Shown in pieces: positions 40,466 through 56,700 of a stretch of DNA of 64,000 nt. Within the stretch, counting starts at the first letter, position 1; each line of letters begins with the position of its first letter. The notes under the pieces were generated by a model. The model worked only from the letters and a program-made list of their open reading frames with translations. It searched no databases and was not told the DNA's origin. Position numbers and translations under genes: made by a program. This DNA comes from the human T2T-CHM13v2.0 reference genome, Homo sapiens, in NCBI RefSeq assembly GCF_009914755.1, contig NC_060925.1; one strand, written 5' to 3'.

Positions 40466-43400
40466 ATCATCGAATGGACTCGAATGGAATCATCTAATGG
40501 AATGGAATGGAATAATCCACGGACTCGAATGCAATCATCATCGTATAGAATCGAATGGAATCATCGAAAGGACTCGAATGGAATAACCATTGAACGGAAT
40601 CGAATGGAATCATCATCGGATGGAAACGAATGGAATCATCATCGAATGGAAATGAAAGGAGTCATCATCTAATGGAATTGCATGGAATCATCATAAAATG
40701 GAATCGAATGGAATCATCATCAAATGGAATCAAATGGAATCATTGAACGGAATTGAATGGAATCGTCATCGAATGAATTGAATGCAATCATCGAATGGTC
40801 TCGAATGGAATCATCTTCAAATGGAATGGAATGGAATCATCGCATAGAGCCGAATGGAATTATCATCGAATGGAATCGAATGGTATCAACATCAAACGGA
40901 AAAAAACGGAATTATCGAATGGAATCGAAGAGAATCTTCGAAAGGACCCGAATGGAATCATCTAATGGAATGGAATGGAATAATCTATGGACTCGAATGC
41001 AATCATCATCGAATGGAATCGAATGGAATCATTGAATGGACTCGAATGGAATAATCATTGAACGGAATCGAATGGAATCATCATCGGATGGAAATGAATG
41101 GAATCATCATCGAATGGAATCGAATAGAATTATGGAATGAAATCCAGTGTGATCATCATCGAATGGACCCGAATGGAATCATCATCCAACGGAAGCTAAT
41201 GGAATCAACATCGAATGAATCGAAAGGAAACACCATCGAATTGAAACGAATGGAATTATCATGAAATTGAAATGGATGGACTCATCATCGAATGGATTCG
41301 AATGGAATCATCGAATAAAATTGATTGAAATCATCATCAAATGGAATCGAATGGTATCATTGAATGGAATCGAATGGAATCATCATCAGATGGAAATGAA
41401 TGGAATCGTCATAGAATGGAATCGAATGGATTCATTGAATGGAATCAGATGGAATCATCGAATGGACTGGAATGGAATCATTGAATGGACTCGAAAGGGA
41501 TCATGATTGAATGGAATTGAATGGAATCATCGAATGGTCTCGATTGGAATCATTATCAAATGGAATCGAATGGAATCACCGAATAGAATCGAATGGAACA
41601 ATCATCGAATGGACTCAAATGGAATTATCCTCCAATGGAATCGAATGGAATTATCGAATGCAATCGAATGGAATTATCGAATGCAATCGAATAGAATCAT
41701 CGAATGGACTCGAATGGAATCATCGAATGGAATGGAATGGAACAGTCAATGAACTCGAATGGAATCATCATTGAATGGAATCGAATGGAATCATCGAGTG
41801 GAATCGAATGGAATTATGATCAAATGGAATCGAATGTAATCATCATCAAATGGAATCAAAAATAACCATCATCAATTGGTATTGAATGGAATTGTCATCA
41901 AATGGAATTCAAAGGAATCATCATCAAATGGAACCGAATGGAATCCTCATTGAATGGAAATGAAAGGGGTCATCATCTAATGGAATCGCATGGAATCATC
42001 ATCAAATGGAATCGAATGGAATCATCATCAAATGGAATCTAATGGAATCATTGAAAAGAATTGAATGGAATCATCATCGAATGAATTGAATGCAATCATC
42101 GAATGGTCTCGAATGGAATCATCTTCTAATGGAAAGGAATGGAATCATCGCATAGAATCGAATGGAATTATCATCGAATGGAATCGAATGGTATCAACAC
42201 CAAACGGAAAAAAGCGGAATTATCGAATGGAATCGAAGAGAATCATCGAACGGACCCGAATGGAATCATCTAATGGAATGGAATGGAATAATCCATGGAC
42301 TCGAATGCAATCATCATCGAATGGAATCGAATGGAATCATCGAATGGACTCGAATGGAATAATCATTGAACGGAATCGAATGGAATCATCATCGGATGGA
42401 AACGAATGGAATCATCATCGAATGGAAATGAAAGGAGTCATCATCTAATGGAATTGCATGGAATCATCATAAAATGGAATCGAATGGAATCAACATCAAA
42501 TGGAATCAAATGGAATCATTGAACGGAATTGAATGGAATCGTCATCGAATGAATTGAATGCAATCATCGAATGGTCTCGAATGGAATCATCTTCAAATGG
42601 AATGGAATGGAATCATCGCATAGAATCGAATGGAATTATCATCGAATGGAATCGAATGGAATCAACATCAAACGGAAAAAAACCGAATTATCGAATGGAA
42701 TCGAAGAAAATCATCGAATTGACCCGAATGGAATCATCTAATGGAATGGAATGGAATAATCCATGGACTCGAATGCAATCATCATCGAATGGAATCGAAT
42801 GGAATCATCGAATGGACTCGAATGGAATAATCATTGAACGGAATCGAATGGAATCATCATCGGATGGAAATGAATGGAATCATCATCGAATGGAATCGAA
42901 TAGAATTATGGAATGAAATCCAGTGTGATCATCATCGAATGGACCCGAATGGAATCATCATCCAACGGAAGCTAATGGAATCAACATCGAATGAATCAAA
43001 TGGAAACACCACCGAATTGAAACGAATGGAATTACCATGAAATTGAAATGGATGGACTCATCATCGAATGGATTCGAATGGAATCATCGAATAAAATTGA
43101 TTGAAATCATCATCGAATGGAATCGAATGGTATCATTGAATGGAATCGAATGGAATCATCATCAGATGGAAATGAATGGAATCGTCATAGAATGGAATCG
43201 AATGGATTCATTGAATGGAATCAGATGGAATCATCGAATGGACTGGAATGGAATCATTGAATGGACTCGAAAGGGATCATGATTGAATGGAATTTAATGG
43301 AATCATCGAATGGTCTCGATTGGAATCATTATCAAATGGAATCGAATGGAATCACCGAATAGAATCGAATGGAACAATCATCGAATGGACTCAAATGGAA

Positions 43401-46400
43401 TTATCTTCAAATGGAATCGAATGGAATTATCAAATGCAATCGAATGGAATTATCGAATGCAATCGAATAGAATCATCGAATGGACTCGAATGGAATCATC
43501 GAATGGAATGGAATGGAACAGTCAATGAACTCGAATGGAATCATCATTGAATGGAATCGAATGGAATCATCGAGTGGAATCGAATGGAATTATGATCAAA
43601 TGGAATCGAATGTTATCATCATCAAATGGAATCAAAAATAACCATCATCAATTGGTATTGAATGGAATTGTCATCAAATAGAATTCAAAGGAATCATCAT
43701 CAAATGGAACCGAATGGAATCCTCATTGAATGGAAATGAAAGGGGTCATCATCTAATGGAATCGCATGGAATCATCATCAAATGGAATCGAATGGAATCA
43801 TCATCAAATGGAATCTAATGGAATCATTGAACAGAATTGAATGGAATCGTCATCGAATGAATTGAATGCAATCATCGAATGGTCTCTAATGGAATCATCT
43901 TCTAATGGAAAGGAATGGAATCATCGCATAGAATCGAATGGAATTATCATCGAATGGAATCGAATGGTATCAACACCAAACGGAAAAAAAACGGAATTAT
44001 CGAATGGAATCGAAGAGAATCTTCGAACGGACCCGAATGGAATCATCTAATGGAATGGAATGGAATAATCCATGAACTCGAATGCAATCATCATCGAATG
44101 GAATCGAATGGAATCATCGAATGGACTCGAATGGAATAATCATTGAACGGAATCGAATGGAATCATCATCGGATGGAAACGAATGGAATCATCATCGAAT
44201 GGAAATGAAAGGAGTCATCATCTAATGGAATTGCATGGAATCATCATAAAATGGAATCGAATGGAATCAACATCAAATGGAATCAAATGGAATCATTGAA
44301 CGGAATTGAATGGAATCGTCATCGAATGAATTGACTGCAATCATCCAATGGTCTCGAATGGAATCATCTTCAAATGGAATGGAATGGAATCATCGCATAG
44401 AATCGAATGGAATTATCATCGAATGGAATCGAATGGAATCAACATCCAACGGAAAAAAACGGAATTATCGAATGGAATCGAAGAGAATCATCGAATGGAC
44501 CCGAATGGAATCATCTAATGGAATGGAATTGAATAATCGATGGACTCGAATGCAATCATCATCGAATGGAATCGAATGGAATCATCGAATGGACTCGAAT
44601 GGAATAATCATTGAACGGAATCGAATGGAATCATCATCGGATGGAAATGAATGGAATCATCATCGAATGGAATCGAATAGAATTATGGAATGAAATCCAG
44701 TGTGATCATCATCGAATGGACCCGAATGGAATCATCATCCAACGGAAGCTAATGGAATCAACATCGAATGAATCAAATGGAAACACCAACGAATTGAAAC
44801 GAATGGAATTATCATGAAATTGAAATGGATGGACTCATGATCGAATGGATTCGAATGGAATCATCGAATAAAATTGATTGAAATCATCATCGAATGGAAT
44901 CGAATGGTATCATTGAATGGAATCGAATGGAATCATCATCAGATGGAAATGAATGGAATCGTCATAGAATGGAATCGAATGGATTCATTGAATGGAATCA
45001 GATGGAATCATCGAATGGACTGGAATGGAATCATTGAATGGACTCGAAAGGGATCATGATTGAATGGAATTGAATGGAATCATCGAATGGTCTCGATTGG
45101 AATCATTATCAAATGGAATCGAATGGAATCACCGAATAGAATCGAATGGAACAATCATCGAATGGACTCAAATGGAATTATCCTCAAATGGAATCGAATG
45201 GAATTATCAAATGCAATCGAATGGAATTATCGAATGCAATCGAATAGAATCATCGAATGGACTCGAATGGAATCATCGAATGGAATGGAATGGAACAGTC
45301 AATGAACTCGAATGGAATCATCATTGAATGGAATCGAATGGAATCATCGAGTGGAATCGAATGGAATTATGATCAAATGGAATCGAATGTTATCATCATC
45401 AAATGGAATCAAAAATAACCATCATCAATTGGTATTGAATGGAATTGTCATCAAATGGAATTCAAAGGAATCATCATCAAATGGAACCGAATGGAATCCT
45501 CATTGAATGGAAATGAAAGGGGTCATCATCTAATGGAATCGCATGGAATCATCATCAAATGGAATCGAATGGAATCATCATCAAATGGAATCTAATGGAA
45601 TCATTGAACAGAATTGAATGGAATCGTCATCGAATGAATTGAATGCAATCATCGAATGGTCTCGAATGGAATCATCTTCTAATGGAAAGGAATGGAATCA
45701 TCGCATAGAATCGAATGGAATTATCATCGAATGGAATCGAATGGTATCAACACCAAACGGAAAAAAACGGAATTATCGAATGGAATCGAAGAGAATCTTC
45801 GAACGGACCCGAATGGAATCATCTAATGGAATGGAATGGAATAATCCATGAACTCGAATGCAATCATCATCGAATGGAATCGAATGGAATCATCGAATGG
45901 ACTCGAATGGAATAATCATTGAACGGAATCGAATGGAATCATCATCGGATGGAAACGAATGGAATCATCATCGAATGGAAATGAAAGGAGTCATCATCTA
46001 ATGGAATTGCATGGAATCATCATAAAATGGAATCGAATGGAATCAACATCAAATGGAATCAAATGGAATCATTGAGCGGAATTGAATGGAATCGTCATCG
46101 AATGAATTGACTGCAATCATCGAATGGTCTCGAATGGAATCATCTTCAAATGGAATGGAATGGAATCATCGCATAGAATCGAATGGAATTATCATCGAAT
46201 GGAATCGAATGGAATCAACATCCAACGGAAAAAAACGGAATTATCGAATGGAATCGAAGAGAATCATCGAATGGACCCGAATGGAATCATCTAATGGAAT
46301 GGAATGGAATAATCCATGGACTCGAATGCAATCATCATCGAATGGAATCGAATGGAATCATCGAATGGACTCGAATGGAATAATCATTGAACGGAATCGA

Positions 46401-49400
46401 ATGGAATCATCATCGGATGGAAATGAATGGAATCATCATCGAATGGAATCGAATAGAATTATGGAATGAAATCCAGTGTGATCATCATCGAATGGACCCG
46501 AATGGAATCATCATCCAACGGAAGCTAATGGAATCAACATAGAATGAATCAAATGGAAACACCATCGAATTGAAACGAATGGAATTATCATGAAATTGAA
46601 ATGGATGGACTCATCATCGAATGGATTCGAATGGAATCATCGAATAAAATTGATTGAAATCATCATCCAATGGAATCGAATGGTATCATTGAATGGAATC
46701 GAATGGAATCATCATCAGATGGAAATGAATGGAATCGTCATAGAATGGAATCGAATGGATTCATTGAATGGAATCAGATGGAATCATCGAATGGACTGGA
46801 ATGGAATCATTGAATGGACTCGAAAGGGATCATTTTTGAATGGAATTGAATGGAATCATCGAATGGTCTCGATTGGAATCATTATCAAATGGAATCGAAT
46901 GGAATCACCGAATAGAATCGAATGGAACAATCATCGAATGGACTCAAATGGAATTATCCTCCAATGGAATCGAATGGAATTATCGAATGCAATCGAATGG
47001 AATTATCGAATGCAATCGAATAGAATCATCGAATGGACTCGAATGGAATCATCGAATGGAATGGAATGGAACAGTCAATGAACTCGAATGGAATCATCAT
47101 TGAATGGAATCGAATGGAATCATCGAGTGGAATCGAATGGAATTATGATCAAATGGAATCGAATGTAATCATCATCAAATGGAATCAAAAATAACCATCA
47201 TCAATTGGTATTGAATGGAATTGTCATCAAATGGAATTCAAAGGAATCATCATCAAATGGAACCGAATGGAATCCTCATTGAATGGAAATGAAAGGGGTC
47301 ATCATCTAATGGAATCGCATGGAATCATCATCAAATGGAATCGAATGGAATCATCATCAAATGGAATCTAATGGAATCATTGAACAGAATTGAATGGAAT
47401 CGTCATCGAATGAATTGAATGCAATCATCGAATGGTCTCGAATGGAATCATCTTCTAATGGAAAGGAATGGAATCATCGCATAGAATCGAATGGAATTAT
47501 CATCGAATGGAATCGGATGGTATCAACACCAAACGGAAAAAAACGGAATTATCGAATGGAATCGAAGAGAATCTTCGAACGGACCCGAATGGAATCATCT
47601 AATGGAATGGAATGGAATAATCCATGGACTCGAATGCAATCATCATCGAATGGAATCGAATGGAATCATCGAATGGACTCGAATGGAATAATCATTGAAC
47701 GGAATCGAATGGAATCATCATCGGATGGAAACGAATGGAATCATCATCGAATGGAAATCAAAGGAGTCATCATCTAATGGAATTGCATGGAATCATCATA
47801 AAATGGAATCGAATGGAATCAACATCAAATGGAATCAAATGGAATCATTGAACGGAATTGAATGGAATCGTCATCGAATGAATTGAATGCAATCATCGAA
47901 TGGTCTCGAATGGAATCATCTTCAAATGGAATGGAATGGAATCATCGCATAGACTCGAATGGAATTATCATCGAATGGAATCGAATGGAATCAACATCAA
48001 ACGGAAAAAAACGGAATTATCGAATGGAATCGAAGAGAATCATCGAATGGACCCGAATGGAATCATCTAATGGAATGGAATGGAATAATCCATGGACTCG
48101 AATGCAATCATCATCGAATGGAATCGAATGGAATCATCGAATGGACTCGAATGGAATAATCATTGAACGGAATCGAATGGAATCATCATCGGATGGAAAT
48201 GAATGGAATCATCATCGAATGGAATCGAATAGAATTATGGAATGAAATCCAGTGTGATCATCATCGAATGGACCCGAATGGAATCATCATCCAACGGAAG
48301 CTAATGGAATCAACATCGAATGAATCGAATGGAAACACCATCGAATTGAAACGAATGGAATTATCATGAAATTGAAATGGATGGACTCATCATCGAATGG
48401 ATTCGAATGGAATCATCGAATAAAATTGATTGAAATCATCATCCAATGGAATCGAATGGTATCATTGAATGGAATCGAATGGAATCATCATCAGATGGAA
48501 ATGAATGGAATCGTCATAGAATGGAATCGAATGGATTCATTGAATGGAATCAGATGGAATCATCGAATGGACTGGAATGGAATCATTGAATGGACTCGAA
48601 AGGGATCATTATTGAATGGAATTGAATGGAATCATCGAATGGTCTCGATTGGAATGATTATCAAATGGAATCGAATGGAATCACCGAATAGAATCGAATG
48701 GAACAATCATCGAATGGACTCAAATGGAATTATCCTCCAATGGAATCGAATGGAATTATCGAATGCAATCGAATGGAATTATCGAATGCAATCGAATAGA
48801 ATCATCGAATGGACTCGAATGGAATCATCGAATGGAATGGAATGGAACAGTCAATGAACTCGAATGGAATCATCATTGAATGGAATCGAATGGAATCATC
48901 GAGTGGAATCGAATGGAATTATGATCAAATGGAATCGAATGTAATCATCATCAAATGGAATCAAAAATAACCATCATCAATTGGTATTGAATGGAATTGT
49001 CATCAAATGGAATTCAAAGTAATCATCATCAAATGGAACCGAATGGAATCCTCATTGAATGGAAATGAAAGGGGTCATCATCTAATGGAATTGCATGGAA
49101 TCATCATCAAATGGAATCGAATGGAATCATCATCAAATGGAATCTAATGGAATCATTGAACAGAATTGAATGGAATCGTCATCGAATGAATTGAATGCAA
49201 TCATCGAATGGTCTCGAATGGAATCATCTTCTAATGGAAAGGAATGGAATCATCGCATAGAATCGAATGGAATTATCATCGAATGGAATCGAATGGTATC
49301 AACACCAAACGGAAAAAAACGGAATTATCGAATGGAATCGAAGAGAATCTTCGAACGGACCCGAATGGAATCATCTAATGGAATGGAATGGAATAATCCA

Positions 49401-50700
49401 TGGACTCGAATGCAATCATCATCGAATGGAATCGAATGGAATCATCGAATGGACTCGAATGGAATAATCATTGAACGGAATCGAATGGAATCATCATCGG
49501 ATGGAAACGAATGGAATCATCATCGAATGGAAATGAAAGGAGTCATCATCTAATGGAATTGCATGGAATCATCATCAAATGGAATCGAATGGAATCAACA
49601 TCAAATGGAATCAAATGGAATCATTGAACGGAATTGAATGGAATCGTCATCGAATGAATTGACTGCAATCATCGAATGGTCTCGAATGGAATCATCTTCA
49701 AATGGAATGGAATGGAATCATCGCATAGAATCGAATGGAATTATCATCGAATGGAATCTAATGGAATCAACATCAAACGGAAAAAAACGGAATTACCGAA
49801 TGGAATCGAAGAGAATCATCGAATGGACCCGAATGGAATCATCTAATGGAATGGAATGGAATAATCCATGGACTCGAATGCAATCATCATCGAATGGAAT
49901 CGAATGGAATCATCGAATGAACCCGAATGGAATCATCATTGAATGGAATCGAATGGAATCATCGAGTGGAATCCAATGGAATTATGATCAAATGGAATCG
50001 AATGTAATCATCATCAAATGGAATCAAAAATAACCATCATCAATTGGTATTGAATGGAATTGTCATCAAATGGAATTCAAAGGAATCATCATCAAATGGA
50101 ACCGAATGGAATCCTCATTGAATGGAAATGAAAGGGGTCATCATCTAATGGAATCGCATGGAATCATCATCAAATGGAATCGAATGGAATCATCATCAAA
50201 TGGAATCTAATGGAATCATTGAACAGAATTGAATGGAATCGTCATCGAATGAATTGAATGCAATCATCGAATGGTCTCGAATTGAATTATCTTCTAATGG
50301 AAATGAATGGAATCATCGCATAGAATCGAATGGAATTAACATTGAATGGACTCGAATGGAATCAACATCAAACGGAATCAAGCGGAATTATCGAATGGAA
50401 TCGAAGAGATTCATCGAATGGACTCGAATGGAATCATCTAATGGAATGGAATGGAATAATCCATGGACCAGAATGCAATCATCATCGTATAAAATCGAAT
50501 GGAATCATCGAATGGACTCGAATGGAATAATCATTGAACGGAATCGAATGGAATCATCATCGGATGGAAACGAATGGAATCATCATCGAATGGAAATGAA
50601 AGGAGTCATCATCTAATGGAATTGCATGGAATCATCATAAAATGGAATCGAATGGAATCAACATCAAATGGAATCAAATGGAATCATTGAACGGAATTGA

Positions 50701-53700
50701 ATGGAGTCGTCATCGAATGAATTGAATGCAATCATCGAATGGTCTCGAATGGAATCATCTTCAAATGGAATGGAATGGAATCATCGCATAGAATCGAATG
50801 GAATTATCATCGAATGGAATCGAATGGAATCAACCTCAAACGGAAAAAAACGGAATTATCGAATGGAATCGAAGAGAATCATCGAATGGACCCGAATGGA
50901 ATCATCTAATGGAATGGAATGGAGTAATCCATGGACTCGAATGCAATCATCATCGAATGGAATCGAATGGAATCATCGAGTGGACTCGAATGGAATAATC
51001 ATTGAACGGAATCGAATGGAATCATCATCGGATGGAAATGAATGGAAACATCATCGAATGGAATCGAATAGAATTATGGAATGAAATCCAGTGTGATCAT
51101 CATCGAATGGACCCGAATGGAATCATCATCCAATGGAAGCTAATGGAATCAACATCGAATGAATCGAATGGAAACACCATCGAATTGAAACGAATGGAAT
51201 TACCATGAAATTGAAATGGATGGACTCATCATCGAATGGATTCGGATGGAATCATCGAATAAAATTGATTGAAATCATCATCGAATGGAATCGAATGGTA
51301 TCATTGAATGGAATCGAATGGAATCATCATCAGATGGAAATGAATGGAATCGTCATAGAATGGAATCGAATGGATTCATTGAATGGAATCAGATGGAATC
51401 ATCGAATGGACTGGAATGGAATCATTGAATGGACTCGAAAGGGATCATGATTGAATGGAATTGAATGGAATCATTGAATGGTCTCGATTGGAATCATTAT
51501 CAAATGGAATCGAATGGAATCACCGAATAGAATCGAATGGAACAATCATCGAATGGACTCAAATGGAATTATCCTTAAATGGAATCGAATGGAATTATCG
51601 AATGCAATCGAATGGAATTATCGAATGCAATCGAATAGAATCATCGAATGGACTCGAATGGAATCATCGAATGGAATGGAATGGAACAGTCAATGAACTC
51701 GAATGGAATCATCATTGAATGGAATCGAATGGAATCATCGAGTGGAATCGAATGGAATTATGATCAAATGGAATCGAATGTAATCATCATCAAATGGAAT
51801 CAAAAATAACCATCATCAATTGGTATTGAATGGAATTGTCATCAAATGGAATTCAAAGGAATCATCATCAAATGGAACTGAATGGAATCCTCATTGAATG
51901 GAAATGAAAGGGGTCATCATCTAATGGAATCGCATGGAATCATCATCAAATGGAATCGAATGGAATCATCATCAAATGGAATCTAATGGAATCATTGAAC
52001 AGAATTGAATGGAATCGTCATCGAATGAATTGAATGCAATCATCGAATGGTCTCGAATGGAATCATCTTCTAATGGAAATGAATGGAATCATCGCATAGA
52101 ATCGAATGGAATTAACATTGAATGGACTCGAATGGAATCAACATCAAACGGAATCAAGCGGAATTATCGAATGGAATCGAAGAGATTCATTGAATGGACT
52201 CGAATAGAATCATCTAATGGAATGGAATGGAATAATCCATGGACCCGAATGCAATCATCATCGTATAAAATCGAATGGAATCATCGAATGGACTCGAATG
52301 GAATAATCATTGAACGGAATCGAATGGAATCATCATCGGATGGAAACGAATGGAATCATCATCGAATGGAAATGAAAGGAGTCATCATCTAATGGAATTG
52401 CATGGAATCATCATAAAATGGAATCGAATGGAATCAACATCAAATGGAATCAAATGGAATCATTGAACGGAATTGAATGGAGCCGTCATCGAATGAATTG
52501 AATGCAATCATCGAATGGTCTCGAATGGAATCATCTTCAAATGGAATGGAATGGAATCATCGCATAGAATCGAATGGAATTATCATCGAATGGAATCGAA
52601 TGGAATCAACATCCAACGGAAAAAAACGGAATTATCGAATGGAATCGAAGAGAATCATCGAATGGACCCGAATGGAATCATCTAATGGAATGGAATGGAA
52701 TAATCCATGGACTCGAATGCAATCATCATCGAATGGAATCGAATGGAATCATCGAGTGGACTCGAATGGAATAATCATTGAACGGAAACGAATGGAATCA
52801 TCATCGGATGGAAATGAATGGAATCATCATCGAATGGAATCGAATAGAATTATGGAATGAAATCCAGTGTGATCATCATCGAATGGACCCGAATGGAATC
52901 ATCATCCAACGGAAGCTAATGGAATCAACATCGAATGAATCGAATGGAAACACCATCGAATTGAAACGAATGGAATTATCATGAAATTGAAATGGATGGA
53001 CTCATCATCGAATGGATTCGAATGGAATCATCGAATAAAATTGATTGAAATCATCATCGAATTGAATCGAATTGTATCATTGAATGGAATCGAATGGAAT
53101 CATCATCAGATGGAAATGAATGGAATCGTCATAGAATGGAATCGAATGGATTCATTGAATGGAATCAGATGGAATCATCGAATGGACTGGAATGGAATCA
53201 TTGAATGGACTCGAAAGGGATCATGATTGAATGGAATTGAATGGAATCATCGAATGGTCTCGATTGGAATCATTATCAAATGGAATCGAATGGAATCACC
53301 GAATAGAATCGAATGGAACAATCATCGAATGGACTCAAATGGAATTATCCTCAAATGGAATCGAATGGAATTATCGAATGCAATCGAATGGAATTATCGA
53401 ATGCAATCGAATAGAATCATCGAATGGACTCGAATGGAATCATCGAATGGAATGGAATGGAACAGTCAATGAACTCGAATGGAATCATCATTGAATGGAA
53501 TCGAATGGAATCATCGAGTGGAATCGAATGGAATTATGATCAAATGGAATCGAATGTAATCATCATCAAATGGAATCAAAAATAACCATCATCAATTGGT
53601 ATTGAATGGAATTGTCATCAAATGGAATTCAAAGGAATCATCATCAAATGGAACCGAATGGAATCCTCATTGAATGGAAATGAAAGGGGTCATCATCTAA

Positions 53701-56700
53701 TGGAATCGCATGGAATCATCATCAAATGGAATCGAATGGAATCATCATCAAATGGAATCTAATGGAATCATTGAACAGAATTGAATGGAATCGTCATCGA
53801 ATGAATTGAATGCAATCATCGAATGGTCTCGAATGGAATCATCTTCTAATGGAAAGGAATGGAATCATCGCATAGAATCGAATGGAATTATCATCGAATG
53901 GAATCGAATGGTATCAACACCAAACGGAAAAAAACGGAATTATCGAATGGAATCGAAGAGAATCTTCGAACGGACCCGAATGGAATCATCTAATGGAATG
54001 GAATGGAATAATCCATGGACTCGAATGCAATCATCATCGAATGGAATCGAATGGAATCATCGAATGGACTCGAATGGAATAATCATTGAACGGAATCGAA
54101 TGGAATCATCATCGGATGGAAACGAATGGAATCATCATCGAGTGGAAATGAAAGGAGTCATCATCTAATGGAATTGCATGGAATCATCATAAAATGGAAT
54201 CGAATGGAATCAACATCAAATGGAATCAAATGGAATCATTGAACGGAATTGAATGGAATCGTCATCGAATGAATTGACTGCAATCATCCAATGGTCTCGA
54301 ATGGAATCATCTTCAAATGGAATGGAATGGAATCATCGCATAGAATCGAATGGAATTATCATCGAATGGAATCGAATGGAATCAACATCAAACGGAAAAA
54401 AACGGAATTATCGAATGGAATCGAAGAGAATCATCGAATGGACCCGAATGGAATCATCTAATGGAATGGAATGGAATAATCCATGGACTCGAATGCAATC
54501 ATCATTGAATGGAATCGAATGGAATCATCGAATGAACTCGAATGGAATCATCATTGAATGGAATCGAATGGAATCATCGAGTGGAATCGAATGGAATTAT
54601 GATCAAATGGAATTGAATGTAATCATCATCAAATGGAATCAAAAATAACCATCATCAATTGGTATTGAATGGAATTGTCATCAAATGGAATTCAAAGGAA
54701 TCATCATCAAATGGAACCGAATGGAATCCTCATTGAATGGAAATGAAAGGGGTCATCATCTAATGGAATCGCATGGAATCATCATCAAATGGAATCGAAT
54801 GGAATCATCATCAAATGGAATCTAATGGAATCATTGAACAGAATTGAATGGAATCGTCATCGAATGAATTGAATGCAATCATCGAATGGTCTCGAATGGA
54901 ATCATCTTCTAATGGAAAGGAATGGAATCATCGCATAGAATCGAATGGAATTATCATCGAATGGAATCGAATGGTATCAACACCAAACGGAAAAAAACGG
55001 AATTATCGAATGGAATCGAAGAGAATCTTCGAACGGACCCGAATGGAATCATCTAATGGAATGGAATGGAATAATCCATGGACTCGAATGCAATCATCAT
55101 CGAATGGAATCGAATGGAATCATCGAATGGACTCGAATGGAATAATCATTGAACGGAATCGAATGGAATCATCATCGGATGGAAACGAATGGAATCATCA
55201 TCGAATGGAAATGAAAGGAGTCATCATCTAATGGAATTGCATGGAATCATCATAAAATGGAATCGAATGGAATCAACATCAAATGGAATCAAATGGAATC
55301 ATTGAACGGAATTGAATGGAGTCGTCATCGAATGAATTGAATGCAATCATCGAATGGTCTCGAATGGAATCATCTTCAAATGGAATGGAATGGAATCATC
55401 GCATAGAATCGAATGGAATTATCATCGAATGGAATCGAATGGAATCAACCTCAAACGGAAAAAAACGGAATTATCGAATGGAATCGAAGAGAATCATCGA
55501 ATGGACCCGAATGGAATCATCTAATGGAATGGAATGGAGTAATCCATGGACTCGAATGCAATCATCATCGAATGGAATCGAATGGAATCATCGAGTGGAC
55601 TCGAATGGAATAATCATTGAACGGAATCGAATGGAATCATCATCGGATGGAAATGAATGGAAACATCATCGAATGGAATCGAATAGAATTATGGAATGAA
55701 ATCCAGTGTGATCATCATCGAATGGACCCGAATGGAATCATCATCCAATGGAAGCTAATGGAATCAACATCGAATGAATCGAATGGAAACACCATCGAAT
55801 TGAAACGAATGGAATTACCATGAAATTGAAATGGATGGACTCATCATCGAATGGATTCGGATGGAATCATCGAATAAAATTGATTGAAATCATCATCGAA
55901 TGGAATCGAATGGTATCATTGAATGGAATCGAATGGAATCATCATCAGATGGAAATGAATGGAATCGTCATAGAATGGAATCGAATGGATTCATTGAATG
56001 GAATCAGATGGAATCATCGAATGGACTGGAATGGAATCATTGAATGGACTCGAAAGGGATCATGATTGAATGGAATTGAATGGAATCATTGAATGGTCTC
56101 GATTGGAATCATTATCAAATGGAATCGAATGGAATCACCGAATAGAATCGAATGGAACAATCATCGAATGGACTCAAATGGAATTATCCTTAAATGGAAT
56201 CGAATGGAATTATCGAATGCAATCGAATGGAATTATCGAATGCAATCGAATAGAATCATCGAATGGACTCGAATGGAATCATCGAATGGAATGGAATGGA
56301 ACAGTCAATGAACTCGAATGGAATCATCATTGAATGGAATCGAATGGAATCATCGAGTGGAATCGAATGGAATTATGATCAAATGGAATCGAATGTAATC
56401 ATCATCAAATGGAATCAAAAATAACCATCATCAATTGGTATTGAATGGAATTGTCATCAAATGGAATTCAAAGGAATCATCATCAAATGGAACTGAATGG
56501 AATCCTCATTGAATGGAAATGAAAGGGGTCATCATCTAATGGAATCGCATGGAATCATCATCAAATGGAATCGAATGGAATCATCATCAAATGGAATCTA
56601 ATGGAATCATTGAACAGAATTGAATGGAATCGTCATCGAATGAATTGAATGCAATCATCGAATGGTCTCGAATGGAATCATCTTCTAATGGAAATGAATG

